Shown here in pieces: positions 18,519 through 28,141 of a stretch of DNA of 64,000 nucleotides. The stretch spans positions 147,201 to 211,200 of the forward strand of contig CAZLNP010000001.1 of assembly GCA_964561085.1 (NCBI GenBank), given 5' to 3'. Under the pieces are notes generated by a model. It searched no databases. It saw only the letters and a program-made list of their open reading frames with translations, and was not told the DNA's origin. Made by a program: the position numbers and the translations under genes. The stretch's first letter is position 1; each line of letters starts with the position of its first letter. The DNA is from an uncultured Candidatus Saccharibacteria bacterium (lineage in GTDB: Bacteria; Patescibacteriota; Doudnabacteria; UBA920).

Positions 18519-21500
18519 TTATTCCTTCTTTGATTTCTTTTTCTTCTTGTCAGGTTCATCAAAGAGAGAAGTTCCGGATTCTGCTTCGACTACAGCAACA
18601 CCAGCTTGATTTTCGCTATCATCAGCATCAGGGATAGCATCCTGCAAACTCATCGATCCGTTTACGCCGAGCAAGTCGACATCTAGACCAAGACTTTGTA
18701 ATTCTTTAATAAGTACACGGAAGGATTCAGGAACGTTTGGCTTCTTAATCGGTTCACCTTTTACAATCGCTTCGTAAGTTTTGCTTCTACCTACAACGTC
18801 ATCTGATTTGATAGTCAACATTTCTTGTAGAGTGTGAGCCGCGCCGTAACCTTCAAGCGCCCATACTTCCATTTCACCGAAACGCTGTCCACCCATTTGG
18901 GCTTTACCACCCAACGGCTGTTGAGTAATTAAAGAGTAAGGTCCAGTAGAACGAGCGTGCATCTTGTCGTCTACTAAGTGATGTAGCTTCAAGAAGTACT
19001 TGATACCAACCATTACCGGCTCATCGAATGCTTCACCAGTTTTACCATCATATAAAGCAACTTTACCGTTTTCTGGTACACCAGCTTTCTTAAGCTCTTC
19101 TTTAATCTGAGTTTCAGTCATACCATCTAGTACTGGAGTAGCAACATGATAGCCAAGCTTGTGAGCTGCGAAACCTAAGTGAGTTTCAAGCACCTGACCC
19201 AAGTTCATACGAGATACAATACCAAGCGGGTTCAAGATTACATCAACTGGAGTTCCATCAGCCATGAACGGCATGTCTTCTGCAGGAACGATACGAGAGA
19301 TAATACCCTTGTTACCGTGACGTCCAGCCATCTTATCCCCTACTTGAATCTTGCGAAGTACAGCAATGGAAACTTGGATAGAACGGATAACACCGCTTTG
19401 TAGTTTGTCGCCGTTATCACGAGAGAATTCACGAATGTTTACGACTTTACCGTATTCACCATGAGGAAGTGTTAGAGAAGTATCTTTTACGTCACGAGAC
19501 TTTTCACCAAAGATAACACGCAGAAGTTTTTCTTCAGCTGTTAAATCTGTTTCACCCTTTGGAGTAATTTTTCCAACTAAGATGTCGCCAGCTTTAACTT
19601 GAGCACCAATGCGAACCACACCGTCTTCATCAAGATTCTTAAGTTTTTCTTCACCGACATTTGGAATGTCGCGAGTAACAACTTCAGGTCCTAGTTTTGT
19701 ATCACGGATATCAATTTTGAAATCTTCAATGTGAACAGAGGTGTAGTAATCTTGTTGCACTAATCGGCTAGATAGCAAGATAGCATCTTCATAGTTACCA
19801 CCTTCCCATGACATGAAAGCCACAAGAACGTTTTGACCAAGAGCTAGTTCACCTTTTTCTGTAGAAGTACCATCAGCCAACACATCACCAGCTTTAACTT
19901 TTTGTCCTTTTGACACACGGTTAATCTGGTTCATAGATGTACCGCTATTAGTACGGATGAACTTAAGCAATGGGTATTCAAGAGTTTTGCCGTTATCACC
20001 TTTAACGGTGATCTTATCGCCCACTACAGAGGTGACTTCACCATCTTCTTGGTTGATAATTACTTGTCCAGAATCGCGAGCTGCTTTTGCTTCCATACCT
20101 GTTCCAACAAGTGGAGCACGAGGAACAATACAAGATACAGCCTGACGTTGCATGTTTGATCCCATCAAAGCACGGTTAGCGTCATCGTGTTCCAAGAAAG
20201 GAATTAGAGAGGTTGTTACAGAGATAATTTGCTTCGGAGATACGTCGATGTAATCGATTTCGTTTGTATCGGCAATTGTCGGTGTGCCGTTTACGCGTAC
20301 AGATGCACGTTCATCTTCGAAGAAACCTTCTTTAGAAATATTTAAGTTAGCTGGAGCGATAGTAAGTTTTTCTTCTTCATACGCATCCATGTATTCAACT
20401 TTGTTTGTAAGGTGACTAACGATGCGAACCTGATCTAGATCTTGAATCTTGGAAAGTTTCTTTGCATCTGCTTCAGTCATTTTTGTACCTGCAGCCACTA
20501 CAACACTTTCGCCATCTTTTATATCAAATAAAGCAGTTTCATCGATTGCATCTTTGCCATCGTTTTTTGCAAAACGCTTGATCTTACGATAAGGTGTTTC
20601 GATAAAACCAAAGTCATTAATCTTTGCGTAAGTAGCTAAGTGAGCAACCAAACCAATGTTCGGTCCTTCAGGAGTTGTAATAGGACAAAGACGACCGTAG
20701 TGAGAACGGTGAACGTCACGAACTTCGAAACCTGCGCGTTCACGAGATAGTCCACCAGGACCCATCGCGCTTAGACGACGCTTGTGTTCAAGTTCAGCCA
20801 ACGGGTTTGTTTGGTCCATGAACTGTGATAGCTGAGATGAAGAGAAGAATTCCTGCATGGAAGCCACAATCGGACGAACGTGAATAAGTTGTGCAGGAGT
20901 AACAGTTTCTAGGTCAGCTAAAGACATACGGTCTTTTGCGATACGGCTCATACGAGCTAAACCAACACGGTAACGAGTTTGGATAAGTTCACCAGCAGCA
21001 CGAATACGACGGTTAGCCAAGTGATCAATATCATCAGCAGGACCTTGAATGTTGCTCAAACGAATAATTTCTTTTACAACAGAAACAAGATCTTCCAAAG
21101 TTAACATGCGAGAATCTTGCTTTTGGTCTACATATTCATCTAGACGTTGGTTGAATTTGTAACGGCCTACTTCAGATAAGTCGTAGCGTTCGAAGTTGAA
21201 GAACATCGCGCTAATCAAAGAACGCGCGTTGTCTACTGTCGCCAAGTCACCTGGACGAATACGTTTGTATACTTCTTTAAAACCTTCATCAGCATTTGTT
21301 GATGCATCTTTTTCTAAAGTAGTAGCGATGAATTTAAGTTCAGGGTTTGTATCAACGTCTTTGAAAGTTTCCAAGATAGCTTCGTTTGTTTCCAAGCCGA
21401 AAACACGAAGCAAAGCAGTAATAGGAATGCGACGCTTACGATCGATCTTTACACCGATCACACCTGCGTTGTCAGTATCAAGTTCTAACCACGCGCCACG

Positions 21501-22016
21501 GTTAGGAACAATCTTTGCACCGAATAAGAATTTACCACGAGAAAATTCATTCGTGAAGAAAACACCCGGTGATTTAATCAACTGGGATACAACTACACGT
21601 TCAACACCATTAATAACAAAAGTTCCACGCGGGGTTAGCAATGGAAAATCACCAAAGTACACATCTTGTGTTTTGGTTTTGCCAGTAACTTTATTGATAA
21701 GTTTTGCAGTCACATACAAAGGAGCTTCGTATGTAGTATTGCGTTCACGAGAAGTGTTCTCGTCGTACTTTGGTTTATCGAAGAAGAAATCTCCAAAAGA
21801 TAGTTCCAAATTTTTACCTGTGAAATCCTTAATAGGATTAATTTCAGCAAGCAACTCTTTAAGACCTGTCTCAAAGAACCATTTGTAGGAATCAAGCTGG
21901 ATTTCTATCAGGTTCGGAACTGCAGCGATATCGTGCTGCTTAGTAAAAAACTTACGAGTGATCATAGTCTCGCCTGGTACGGCAACACTACCAATCGGCT
22001 TTGGCTTGTTTTGCAT
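18519..22016 (-). CDS. rpoB: DNA-directed RNA polymerase subunit beta (1,165 aa).
   Basis: Conserved rpoB blocks (e.g. 'GRHGNKGI', 'ETHLGFAAH', 'GGQRFGEMEVWALEGYGAA'). Confidence 0.97.
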   Translation of the reverse strand: MQNKPKPIGSVAVPGETMITRKFFTKQHDIAAVPNLIEIQLDSYKWFFETGLKELLAEINPIKDFTGKNLELSFGDFFFDKPKYDENTSRERNTTYEAPLYVTAKLINKVTGKTKTQDVYFGDFPLLTPRGTFVINGVERVVVSQLIKSPGVFFTNEFSRGKFLFGAKIVPNRGAWLELDTDNAGVIGVKIDRKRRIPITALLRVFGLETNEAILETFKDVDTNPELKFIATTLEKDASTNADEGFKEVYKRIRPGDLATVDNARSLISAMFFNFERYDLSEVGRYKFNQRLDEYVDQKQDSRMLTLEDLVSVVKEIIRLSNIQGPADDIDHLANRRIRAAGELIQTRYRVGLARMSRIAKDRMSLADLETVTPAQLIHVRPIVASMQEFFSSSQLSQFMDQTNPLAELEHKRRLSAMGPGGLSRERAGFEVRDVHRSHYGRLCPITTPEGPNIGLVAHLATYAKINDFGFIETPYRKIKRFAKNDGKDAIDETALFDIKDGESVVVAAGTKMTEADAKKLSKIQDLDQVRIVSHLTNKVEYMDAYEEEKLTIAPANLNISKEGFFEDERASVRVNGTPTIADTNEIDYIDVSPKQIISVTTSLIPFLEHDDANRALMGSNMQRQAVSCIVPRAPLVGTGMEAKAARDSGQVIINQEDGEVTSVVGDKITVKGDNGKTLEYPLLKFIRTNSGTSMNQINRVSKGQKVKAGDVLADGTSTEKGELALGQNVLVAFMSWEGGNYEDAILLSSRLVQQDYYTSVHIEDFKIDIRDTKLGPEVVTRDIPNVGEEKLKNLDEDGVVRIGAQVKAGDILVGKITPKGETDLTAEEKLLRVIFGEKSRDVKDTSLTLPHGEYGKVVNIREFSRDNGDKLQSGVIRSIQVSIAVLRKIQVGDKMAGRHGNKGIISRIVPAEDMPFMADGTPVDVILNPLGIVSRMNLGQVLETHLGFAAHKLGYHVATPVLDGMTETQIKEELKKAGVPENGKVALYDGKTGEAFDEPVMVGIKYFLKLHHLVDDKMHARSTGPYSLITQQPLGGKAQMGGQRFGEMEVWALEGYGAAHTLQEMLTIKSDDVVGRSKTYEAIVKGEPIKKPNVPESFRVLIKELQSLGLDVDLLGVNGSMSLQDAIPDADDSENQAGVAVVEAESGTSLFDEPDKKKKKSKKE

Positions 22017-22426
22017 GAATAATACACCCCCACATCGCGGTCGCTAAAAAGGCCCCGATGTGCTTATTAATGATATTTAGTTTTCCGGATCGCTCTAAAA
22101 GTTCTAATTACGTCTACGCGAAGACGCATTATAGATAAAGTGGTCTCTGACCTTAAGTAGATTTTTCTAGGCAGAGTGGCGATCAAAAGTAGCTTATTTA
22201 AAAGAGATTTTGTTTTTCACAAATCGCAAACGCACGGATCTAAAGCATTAAAAATTGGAAATCTGACAGTATTCGGGTGTTTCTAGAACAAAAAAGACCG
22301 CTTTTTCGCTAACGCAAAAAAGGGCATGTGATTTCGCCTTATTTTCCTATGTATTTGTGCACCTATTCATTATATCTCAGAGCAAAAAGTTGTCAAGTTT
22401 TTTTAATAAAAACTGAGAAAATAACA

Positions 22427-22458
22427 AAAACCTCGAGGAATAAACCTCGAGGTTTTCA
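22427..22458. terminator. Perfect palindromic terminator (CCTCGAGG-AATAAA-CCTCGAGG) flanked by A- and T-runs, downstream of the 22484-24214 gene.
   Basis: 8-bp perfect inverted repeat followed by TTTT. Confidence 0.7.
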
Positions 22459-22483
22459 AAATATCTAATTCTTCTAGTAAATA

Positions 22484-24214
22484 CTAGTTATTCTTTTCAC
22501 AAATATTAACTACTACACCTTCATCTACGTAACCCATGGCTAGGACTTCGCCTTTTTCCTTGGTGCTAGTAGTTTCTAGGTAATCACTTTGTGGGTAGCC
22601 TTTATGCAAACGGAACCATGGAAGTGCTCCAGAAGCATTATTGCTGAATCCGTATCCTAAGATGCCTTCGTTTGCGTAGCCGTAGTTAGTTGCATCATTA
22701 GTTGTAGAATAATAGTGAGCTTTCACACCTGAATGGTAGCTACGGTAAATTTCAGTTGTACCCGCTACTTTCTCTTTGTAAACATATCCAGCTATTCCTT
22801 CGTAGACATAATCCCCTGGACGTTCATTGGCATTAGTTGTGAAGAAGTGATCTCCATCAGCTGCTTTCCAGAAACGGTATATTGGCATCAACTTGTCTTT
22901 GTTAGATGAACAATTACTTGCGCTACCACCGCCGCCGCCTGAACCACCGCCGCCGCCAGTTGTGCTACCGCCGGTTACTTTCCAAGTGAAATCTTTCTTA
23001 GCCAGATTTTTTTCACCTGTCTGAGGTCCACATTGAGCTGAGATAGACACTACATATGTTCCTGCTGCACTCGGTGTTGCTGTGAAAGTAGCTCTACCAG
23101 TACGATCAGATTGTATATTATCTAACCCAGTGATTTTAGCTCCTGACATACTTGGGGTAACTTTATCTAAGGTCCAAGTACATGTTGATGTTTCTGAGTT
23201 GATTGTTTGAAGATTGAATGAAGATTCTTGTCCAACTTTTCCTTCTGTGAAGGTACCGCTAATATCAAGTGTTGCAGGCAATGGAGGTTGTCTAGTTGGT
23301 TTTACTACCCAACTAAAATCTTTAGTTGTTGCAGCCTTGGCGTCTGAACCAGTTGTGGCACAAGACACACCGATTTTAACAGCGTAAGTACCAGATTCAG
23401 TTGGAGTGGCACTAAATAATGCTGAAGATTCTTGAGTAGCTGCAACATTATCTACACGAGTGACAGTTGCACCAGTGATTTTTGGATTAACATCTGTTAG
23501 TTCAAACGTACAGTTAGCACCATTTGCGTTTGTTGTTTGTAAATTAGTTGAATATGGTTGTCCGACTAAAGATTCAGAGAAATTTCCAGCAACACCTAGT
23601 CCTACTGCTGTAGCAGGAGAAACTTTCCAAACAAATGTTTTACTTGTTGTCTGGCCATTCTTACAAGTGACCTTAACAGTAACTTCATAGTCTCCAGCTT
23701 CCTTAGGAGTGGCTGTAAACTCTGCAGTGCTAACACTACTATCATTATTCACCTTAAGTGATGCGCCAGAGATTTCAGGTTTAACTCCTACTAAAGTCCA
23801 TTCACAAGGTAAAGCTGTTGAGCTACTTACTTGCAACTGTTTAGTATATAGAGCGCCAGCCTTACCTTCAGAAAAACTTCCAGAAATGGTTATTTTATCT
23901 GTTTCGTCAGAAGGCTGATCCCAAAGTCCTCCACAACCAGCGACATCTTCTCCTACTAAATCAACAGGACAGTTTGCTTGCTGATACATTGGGTTCAATT
24001 GCAACCCAAAGATAGAGATTTTTTGACCAGTGATCATTGCAGTTCCTGCAAGAACGATAATAATCGCCATCACAAGACCGGCAACAGACAATGTTCTGTT
24101 GGAATTTATCCAAGCCAAGAATTTTCCAGGCTTTTTTGAAGGGTCCTGTTGATTGTTAGGAACCTTCGGTGCACCAGAAGAATCTGGAGGCACAACGTAC
24201 TCAACTTCGTTCAT
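22484..24214 (-). CDS. Membrane-anchored surface protein (576 aa). N-terminal TM, three Ig-like repeats, Gly/Ser linker, C-terminal module with three 'YRFxxxxGxHFYT'-type repeats.
   Basis: TM 'LSVAGLVMAIIIVLAGTAMITG'. Repeated about 90-aa blocks ('ISGTFTEGK...', 'TLDISGTFTEGK...'). 'GGGGGSGGGGGS' linker. Repeats 'IYRFWKAADGDHFFTTNANE', 'IYRSYHSGVKAHYYSTTNDA', 'WFRLHKGYPQSDYLETTSTKE'. Confidence 0.6.
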   Translation of the reverse strand: MNEVEYVVPPDSSGAPKVPNNQQDPSKKPGKFLAWINSNRTLSVAGLVMAIIIVLAGTAMITGQKISIFGLQLNPMYQQANCPVDLVGEDVAGCGGLWDQPSDETDKITISGSFSEGKAGALYTKQLQVSSSTALPCEWTLVGVKPEISGASLKVNNDSSVSTAEFTATPKEAGDYEVTVKVTCKNGQTTSKTFVWKVSPATAVGLGVAGNFSESLVGQPYSTNLQTTNANGANCTFELTDVNPKITGATVTRVDNVAATQESSALFSATPTESGTYAVKIGVSCATTGSDAKAATTKDFSWVVKPTRQPPLPATLDISGTFTEGKVGQESSFNLQTINSETSTCTWTLDKVTPSMSGAKITGLDNIQSDRTGRATFTATPSAAGTYVVSISAQCGPQTGEKNLAKKDFTWKVTGGSTTGGGGGSGGGGGSASNCSSNKDKLMPIYRFWKAADGDHFFTTNANERPGDYVYEGIAGYVYKEKVAGTTEIYRSYHSGVKAHYYSTTNDATNYGYANEGILGYGFSNNASGALPWFRLHKGYPQSDYLETTSTKEKGEVLAMGYVDEGVVVNICEKNN

Positions 24215-24398
24215 TTGATTAGATATTTAATTGTTTTTTTGTTTTTATTTCGACTTAGAGCGAGATTTTTTCTCAATCTATAATCATTTTAGCATATTTT
24301 GATAAAAAAATCAAGTGGGGTGTAATTCTATTGGTTAATAAAGCTCTGTAATTTGCTATATCCCCTATTTACAAGGGAAATATGTTACAATAAAGCAT

Positions 24399-24974
24399 AT
24401 GATAGCGTATTTACAAGGCAAGATTTTACAAAAAACCACACAATATATAGTGCTTTTAACAGGTGGCGATGAAGGCAAATTGGGATATAAGGTGTTCACG
24501 ACCCCGGAAGTGCTTGAACTACCAATTGGCGGCCAAACTGAGCTCTATATATACCATAAAAGCACCGATGAAGGGCAAATTCTGTTTGGGATGCCCGATT
24601 TTGATGGTCTTCAGTTCTTCGAAATGCTAATTTCCGTCACTGGAGTGGGTCCAAAAATGGCTTTAACCATCATTTCTGCAGCAAAAATAGACCTTTTGCA
24701 GCAAGCCATCATGAATGCGGACACAGAAATCTTCACCAGAATGTCTGGAGTAGGTAAAAAAACCGCGGAACGCATCATTCTTGAACTGAAAAGCAAAATT
24801 ACTAGCGGTGGATTGCTCGAAGGAAGCAATGTTTCAGGTAGTGATGTCTACGATGCATTGTCTGGCTTAGGATATAACCCAAGAGAGATTCGCGAAACTT
24901 TACCTCAACTTGATGCCACAGCTGATACATCAACTCAGCTAAAACAGGCCTTGAAATTATTAAGTCGCTCATAG
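24399..24974 (+). CDS. ruvA: Holliday junction branch-migration complex subunit RuvA (191 aa).
   Basis: N-terminus 'MIAYLQGKI'. Two HhH motifs ('GVGPKMALTI', 'GVGKKTAERIILEL'). Confidence 0.9.
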   Translation: MIAYLQGKILQKTTQYIVLLTGGDEGKLGYKVFTTPEVLELPIGGQTELYIYHKSTDEGQILFGMPDFDGLQFFEMLISVTGVGPKMALTIISAAKIDLLQQAIMNADTEIFTRMSGVGKKTAERIILELKSKITSGGLLEGSNVSGSDVYDALSGLGYNPREIRETLPQLDATADTSTQLKQALKLLSRS

Positions 24975-24984
24975 CCAAGTTTTC

Positions 24985-25959
24985 ATGCGAATAATTCAAC
25001 TAACAGAAGAGTACAAAGAGTCATATGAAAAATTTGTGGCCGCCCACGAAAGCGGCTCTTTTTTGCAAAGTTGGAGTTGGGGTGAGTTTCAGAGAACACA
25101 AGGAAAAACTCCAGTTCGTTATGGAATTTTTTCTGAGCAAAATGAAATAGTTGGAACAGTTCAATTTTTAGAAACCAAGGTCCCTAAGTTGTCTGGAAAA
25201 TATCTGTACGCACCATATGGACCATTAGTTCCTGAAGAATATTCACGGGAATTAATTCAAAAAGTTAAAGATGACTTTGCCAGCGCTTGGTTCATTAGAG
25301 TAGAGCCAAAAGATGAGTTGCCTATTGATGGCAAACCAACTTTGCACATTCAACCTGGATCTACTTTAATTACCGACTTAACTCAGACAGATGAAGAGTT
25401 GCTCGCTGGGATGCATCAGAAAACCAGATACAACATTAAGGTTGCTAATAAGCATGGTGTAACTATTGAATCTGGAACTGAACAAAATGACGAAGCAATT
25501 AATTTGCTAACTAAGACTAGTGAGCGTCAGAGTTATAAATCTTATTCTACTAACTACTACAATGATCTTTTAAAGTTTTTTAGATCTGCAAAAGAAAACG
25601 ATTGTATTGTACACTTATATCAAGCGAGTTTTAATGGCTCGCCAATTGCTTCATCGATTACTATTGACCACGGAACTACACGCACATATTTATTCGGTGG
25701 TAGCGATAACAGCAAAAGAAATTTAATGGCCCCATATGCTTTGCATTGGCAATCAATGCATGACGCAAAAAATAAAGGCTTAACTAAATATGATTGGTGG
25801 GGAACCGAAACAGCCACTGGTGCAGTACCTGGGTTCGTGCAATTTAAAATGCGCTGGGGTGGTAGTCAAAAGTTTTACGCCGGTGCACGAGATATTGTTT
25901 TGAACGCTAATTGGTACCGAGCTTATAACGCTCTCAGAAAAATAAATAGATTATTTTAA
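24985..25959 (+). CDS. FemAB/FemX-family aminoacyl-tRNA-dependent peptidoglycan peptidyltransferase (324 aa).
   Basis: Architecture and motifs similar to FemX ('YLYAPYGPL', 'YLFGGSDNS...APYALHWQSM...YDWWGTE'). Confidence 0.75.
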   Translation: MRIIQLTEEYKESYEKFVAAHESGSFLQSWSWGEFQRTQGKTPVRYGIFSEQNEIVGTVQFLETKVPKLSGKYLYAPYGPLVPEEYSRELIQKVKDDFASAWFIRVEPKDELPIDGKPTLHIQPGSTLITDLTQTDEELLAGMHQKTRYNIKVANKHGVTIESGTEQNDEAINLLTKTSERQSYKSYSTNYYNDLLKFFRSAKENDCIVHLYQASFNGSPIASSITIDHGTTRTYLFGGSDNSKRNLMAPYALHWQSMHDAKNKGLTKYDWWGTETATGAVPGFVQFKMRWGGSQKFYAGARDIVLNANWYRAYNALRKINRLF

Positions 25960-25960
25960 T

Positions 25961-27274
25961 ATGTTTTTAACTATAAAAAAAATTATTAGGGCTATTACCC
26001 CTAAACCGATTCTACGCCTAACACAACCCATCTATCATGGATTAGTTGCGCGCATTGCTTCTATGTATTTTGGCAGTCCCAGCAAAAAACTTTTTGTTAT
26101 TGGAGTAACAGGAACTGCTGGAAAATCTACTACTGTAATGATGGCTGCTCAAATTCTAAATTACTCAGGCAAAAAAACTGGATATATTACTACCACAGGA
26201 TCATTCGATGGCAGTAACACAAAAATGAATACTCACGGGATGTCTATGCCTGGTGGTTGGATGCTCCAGAAACAACTAGCAGAAATGGTTTCTAAGAAAT
26301 GTGAATTTGCAATTGTTGAATGCACATCAGAAGGACTTGCTCAGAACCGTCATTTAGGTATTAAGTTTCAGACTGCTTTGTTTACGAACCTATCCCCTGC
26401 TCACATAGATAGCCATGGTAGTTTCGAAAAATACAGAGCTGCAAAAGGGCTGCTATTCAGTGCTTTGAGCAATACTGATAAAAGTTTAATTGGAGTTAAT
26501 CTAGATGACCCAAATAAAAATTACTTCTTAGGATTCCCTGCTGCAATTAAGTTCGGAGTTAGCATGCGCGCCGATACTCCAAAGCCAGACAACGTCGCTT
26601 CATTTCTAGCAGAAAGTGTGCAAGTTAGCGATCATATTTCATTTAAAGTGCAGGGCGTGGAATTCAAGCTACGCATGTTTGGAACCTTTAATGTAACTAA
26701 CGCCTTACTGGCCGTAGCAACTACTAAGATGTTAGGGATTTCCCTGGAATCATCTGCGGAGGCATTAGCAAACATTGGAACAGTTCCTGGACGCATGGAA
26801 ACTATTAAATCGCCAAACGGTGTAACTGTTATTGTTGATTACGCACCTGAGCCAGTAGCGATGGAGTCATCACTTAAAGCAGTTAGTCTTTTACCACATA
26901 ATAAAATTATCCACGTGTTTGGCTCTACTGGTGGTCATAGAGATGTTTCCAAAAGATTTACGTTTGGAAAAATATCTGCTGAGTTTTCTGACACTATTAT
27001 TATCACCAATGATGATGTTTACGATTCAGATCCAAGAGAAATCGCTTCGAATGTACGGGAAGGAATAGATAGTTCTGAGAACAAAAAAGTTTCTGTTATA
27101 GAAACAGTTTTAAACCGCAAAGACGCCATTGCACGCGCGTTGGAAATTGCTACTCCTCAGGACATTGTACTAATTACCGGTAAAGGTTCTGAACAATTTT
27201 TAGTTCTTCCTAACAACGAGCGCATCGCTTGGGATGACAGAACAGTAGTTAAAGAATTGTTAAAAATTAGTTAG
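25961..27274 (+). CDS. Mur ligase family protein (437 aa, MurE/MurF-like).
   Basis: P-loop 'GVTGTAGKSTT' and Mur ligase central/C-terminal layout. Lacks an N-terminal MurE-specific domain and has no MurT-type Cys4 ribbon. Confidence 0.7.
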   Translation: MFLTIKKIIRAITPKPILRLTQPIYHGLVARIASMYFGSPSKKLFVIGVTGTAGKSTTVMMAAQILNYSGKKTGYITTTGSFDGSNTKMNTHGMSMPGGWMLQKQLAEMVSKKCEFAIVECTSEGLAQNRHLGIKFQTALFTNLSPAHIDSHGSFEKYRAAKGLLFSALSNTDKSLIGVNLDDPNKNYFLGFPAAIKFGVSMRADTPKPDNVASFLAESVQVSDHISFKVQGVEFKLRMFGTFNVTNALLAVATTKMLGISLESSAEALANIGTVPGRMETIKSPNGVTVIVDYAPEPVAMESSLKAVSLLPHNKIIHVFGSTGGHRDVSKRFTFGKISAEFSDTIIITNDDVYDSDPREIASNVREGIDSSENKKVSVIETVLNRKDAIARALEIATPQDIVLITGKGSEQFLVLPNNERIAWDDRTVVKELLKIS

Positions 27275-27283
27275 TTACATTTT

Positions 27284-27670
27284 ATGATTTTGTTTATTGA
27301 TACAAGTGAATTCAGCGCCCTTACTTTCGCGATCATTAATGGTGCGACTGTTAAGATTAGTTCTTCTGAGGTTGCATTCAATGAGAACTATAAAACCAAT
27401 TTGCTCCTTGAAAAGTTTTTGAAGCATCAAAAAGTTGATATGCGCGAATTGAAAAAAATAATTGTTTGTAGTGGTCCTGGTTCATTCACAGGAATAAGGG
27501 TTGGGGTTTCCCTAGCTCAGGCTCTGGGGTTTGCTTTGAACATACCAGTTATTGCAATTCCTAAATCTAAAATCCCAGAGGATGTTCGTAAACTGAATAG
27601 CGTGAAAGGTGGTAAAAGTTTGGTAGTAAACTATGGGCAGAAGCCGAACATCACCAAGGCTAAGAAATAA
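27284..27670 (+). CDS. tsaB: Short TsaB/YeaZ-like protein (128 aa; canonical TsaB is about 230 aa).
   Basis: 'VCSGPGSFTGIRVGVSLAQALGFALNIPV' matches the TsaB/Kae1-family signature. The protein ends after the first ASKHA half. Confidence 0.55.
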   Translation: MILFIDTSEFSALTFAIINGATVKISSSEVAFNENYKTNLLLEKFLKHQKVDMRELKKIIVCSGPGSFTGIRVGVSLAQALGFALNIPVIAIPKSKIPEDVRKLNSVKGGKSLVVNYGQKPNITKAKK

Positions 27671-27792
27671 GGTTAAAATTTTAGGTATTATAAAAACGTG
27701 CTTTCCGAAGATCGCACGTTTTTCTTTAAACGAATTTGTGGCACCATTAGACATGTTGCTGGTCAATGAAACACCAAATATCGTTCAAAGAT

Positions 27793-28035
27793 CTAAGCTT
27801 TGAGTCGCTTTTCCGCCCGAGCGATTATATCTTCGAGCGGCTCGCGGGCAGCCGTATGCTCGTCATCGGAAAACCCGAGAAGATTAAAGCTCGGAGCTCT
27901 TGTCTCTGCTTTGAGTAACCACGCGGGCATATTCACTCCGACAAAAATGCTTGCAAACACGCTTAAGACATATATCGTCTCCCTAACAGCCTTTGTCAAA
28001 ATTCCCATAACGCTATCAAACCTCCATTTAAACAT
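27793..28035 (-). CDS. Possible small membrane protein (80 aa) inside a GC-rich compositional island. Strand assignment is uncertain (an antisense 80-aa ORF is at 27800-28042 +).
   Basis: The minus-strand translation has a plausible TM helix plus a charged tail. The plus-strand ORF is Ser-rich low complexity. Local GC is clearly above genome background. Confidence 0.25.
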   Translation of the reverse strand: MFKWRFDSVMGILTKAVRETIYVLSVFASIFVGVNMPAWLLKAETRAPSFNLLGFSDDEHTAAREPLEDIIARAEKRLKA

Positions 28036-28141
28036 TGCCTAGTACCCAATAACTAAAACACGATATCAGGATTATAAAGAAAAAGTATGGTTTTGTCAAC
28101 CATGCTTTTATACTGTGAATATATAAGGAATTGCTCTTGGA

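Noticed and set aside
15366-21895. Antisense ORFs within rpoC and rpoB (15366-15668, 16020-16238, 17094-17294, 17353-17646, 19179-19403, 19957-20145, 21196-21888, 21710-21895).
   Set aside because: They are embedded in highly conserved RNA polymerase coding sequence on the opposite strand. Their translations are Ser/Arg/Phe-rich nonsense.
14607-22016. Inteins or large insertions in rpoB, rpoC, polA or gyrA.
   Set aside because: Protein lengths (1165, 1293, 931 and more than 798 aa) are normal. No HNH/LAGLIDADG-like blocks interrupt the conserved motifs.
25961-27274. MurT (lipid II amidotransferase subunit) identity for the 437-aa Mur ligase.
   Set aside because: The length matches, but there is no Cys4 zinc-ribbon and no adjacent GatD-like glutamine amidotransferase. 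A generic MurE/MurF-like ligase is the safer call.
27800-28042. Plus-strand 80-aa ORF in the GC-rich island.
   Set aside because: The translation is Ser-rich low complexity. The antisense minus-strand frame looks more protein-like. Neither is certain (see finding).
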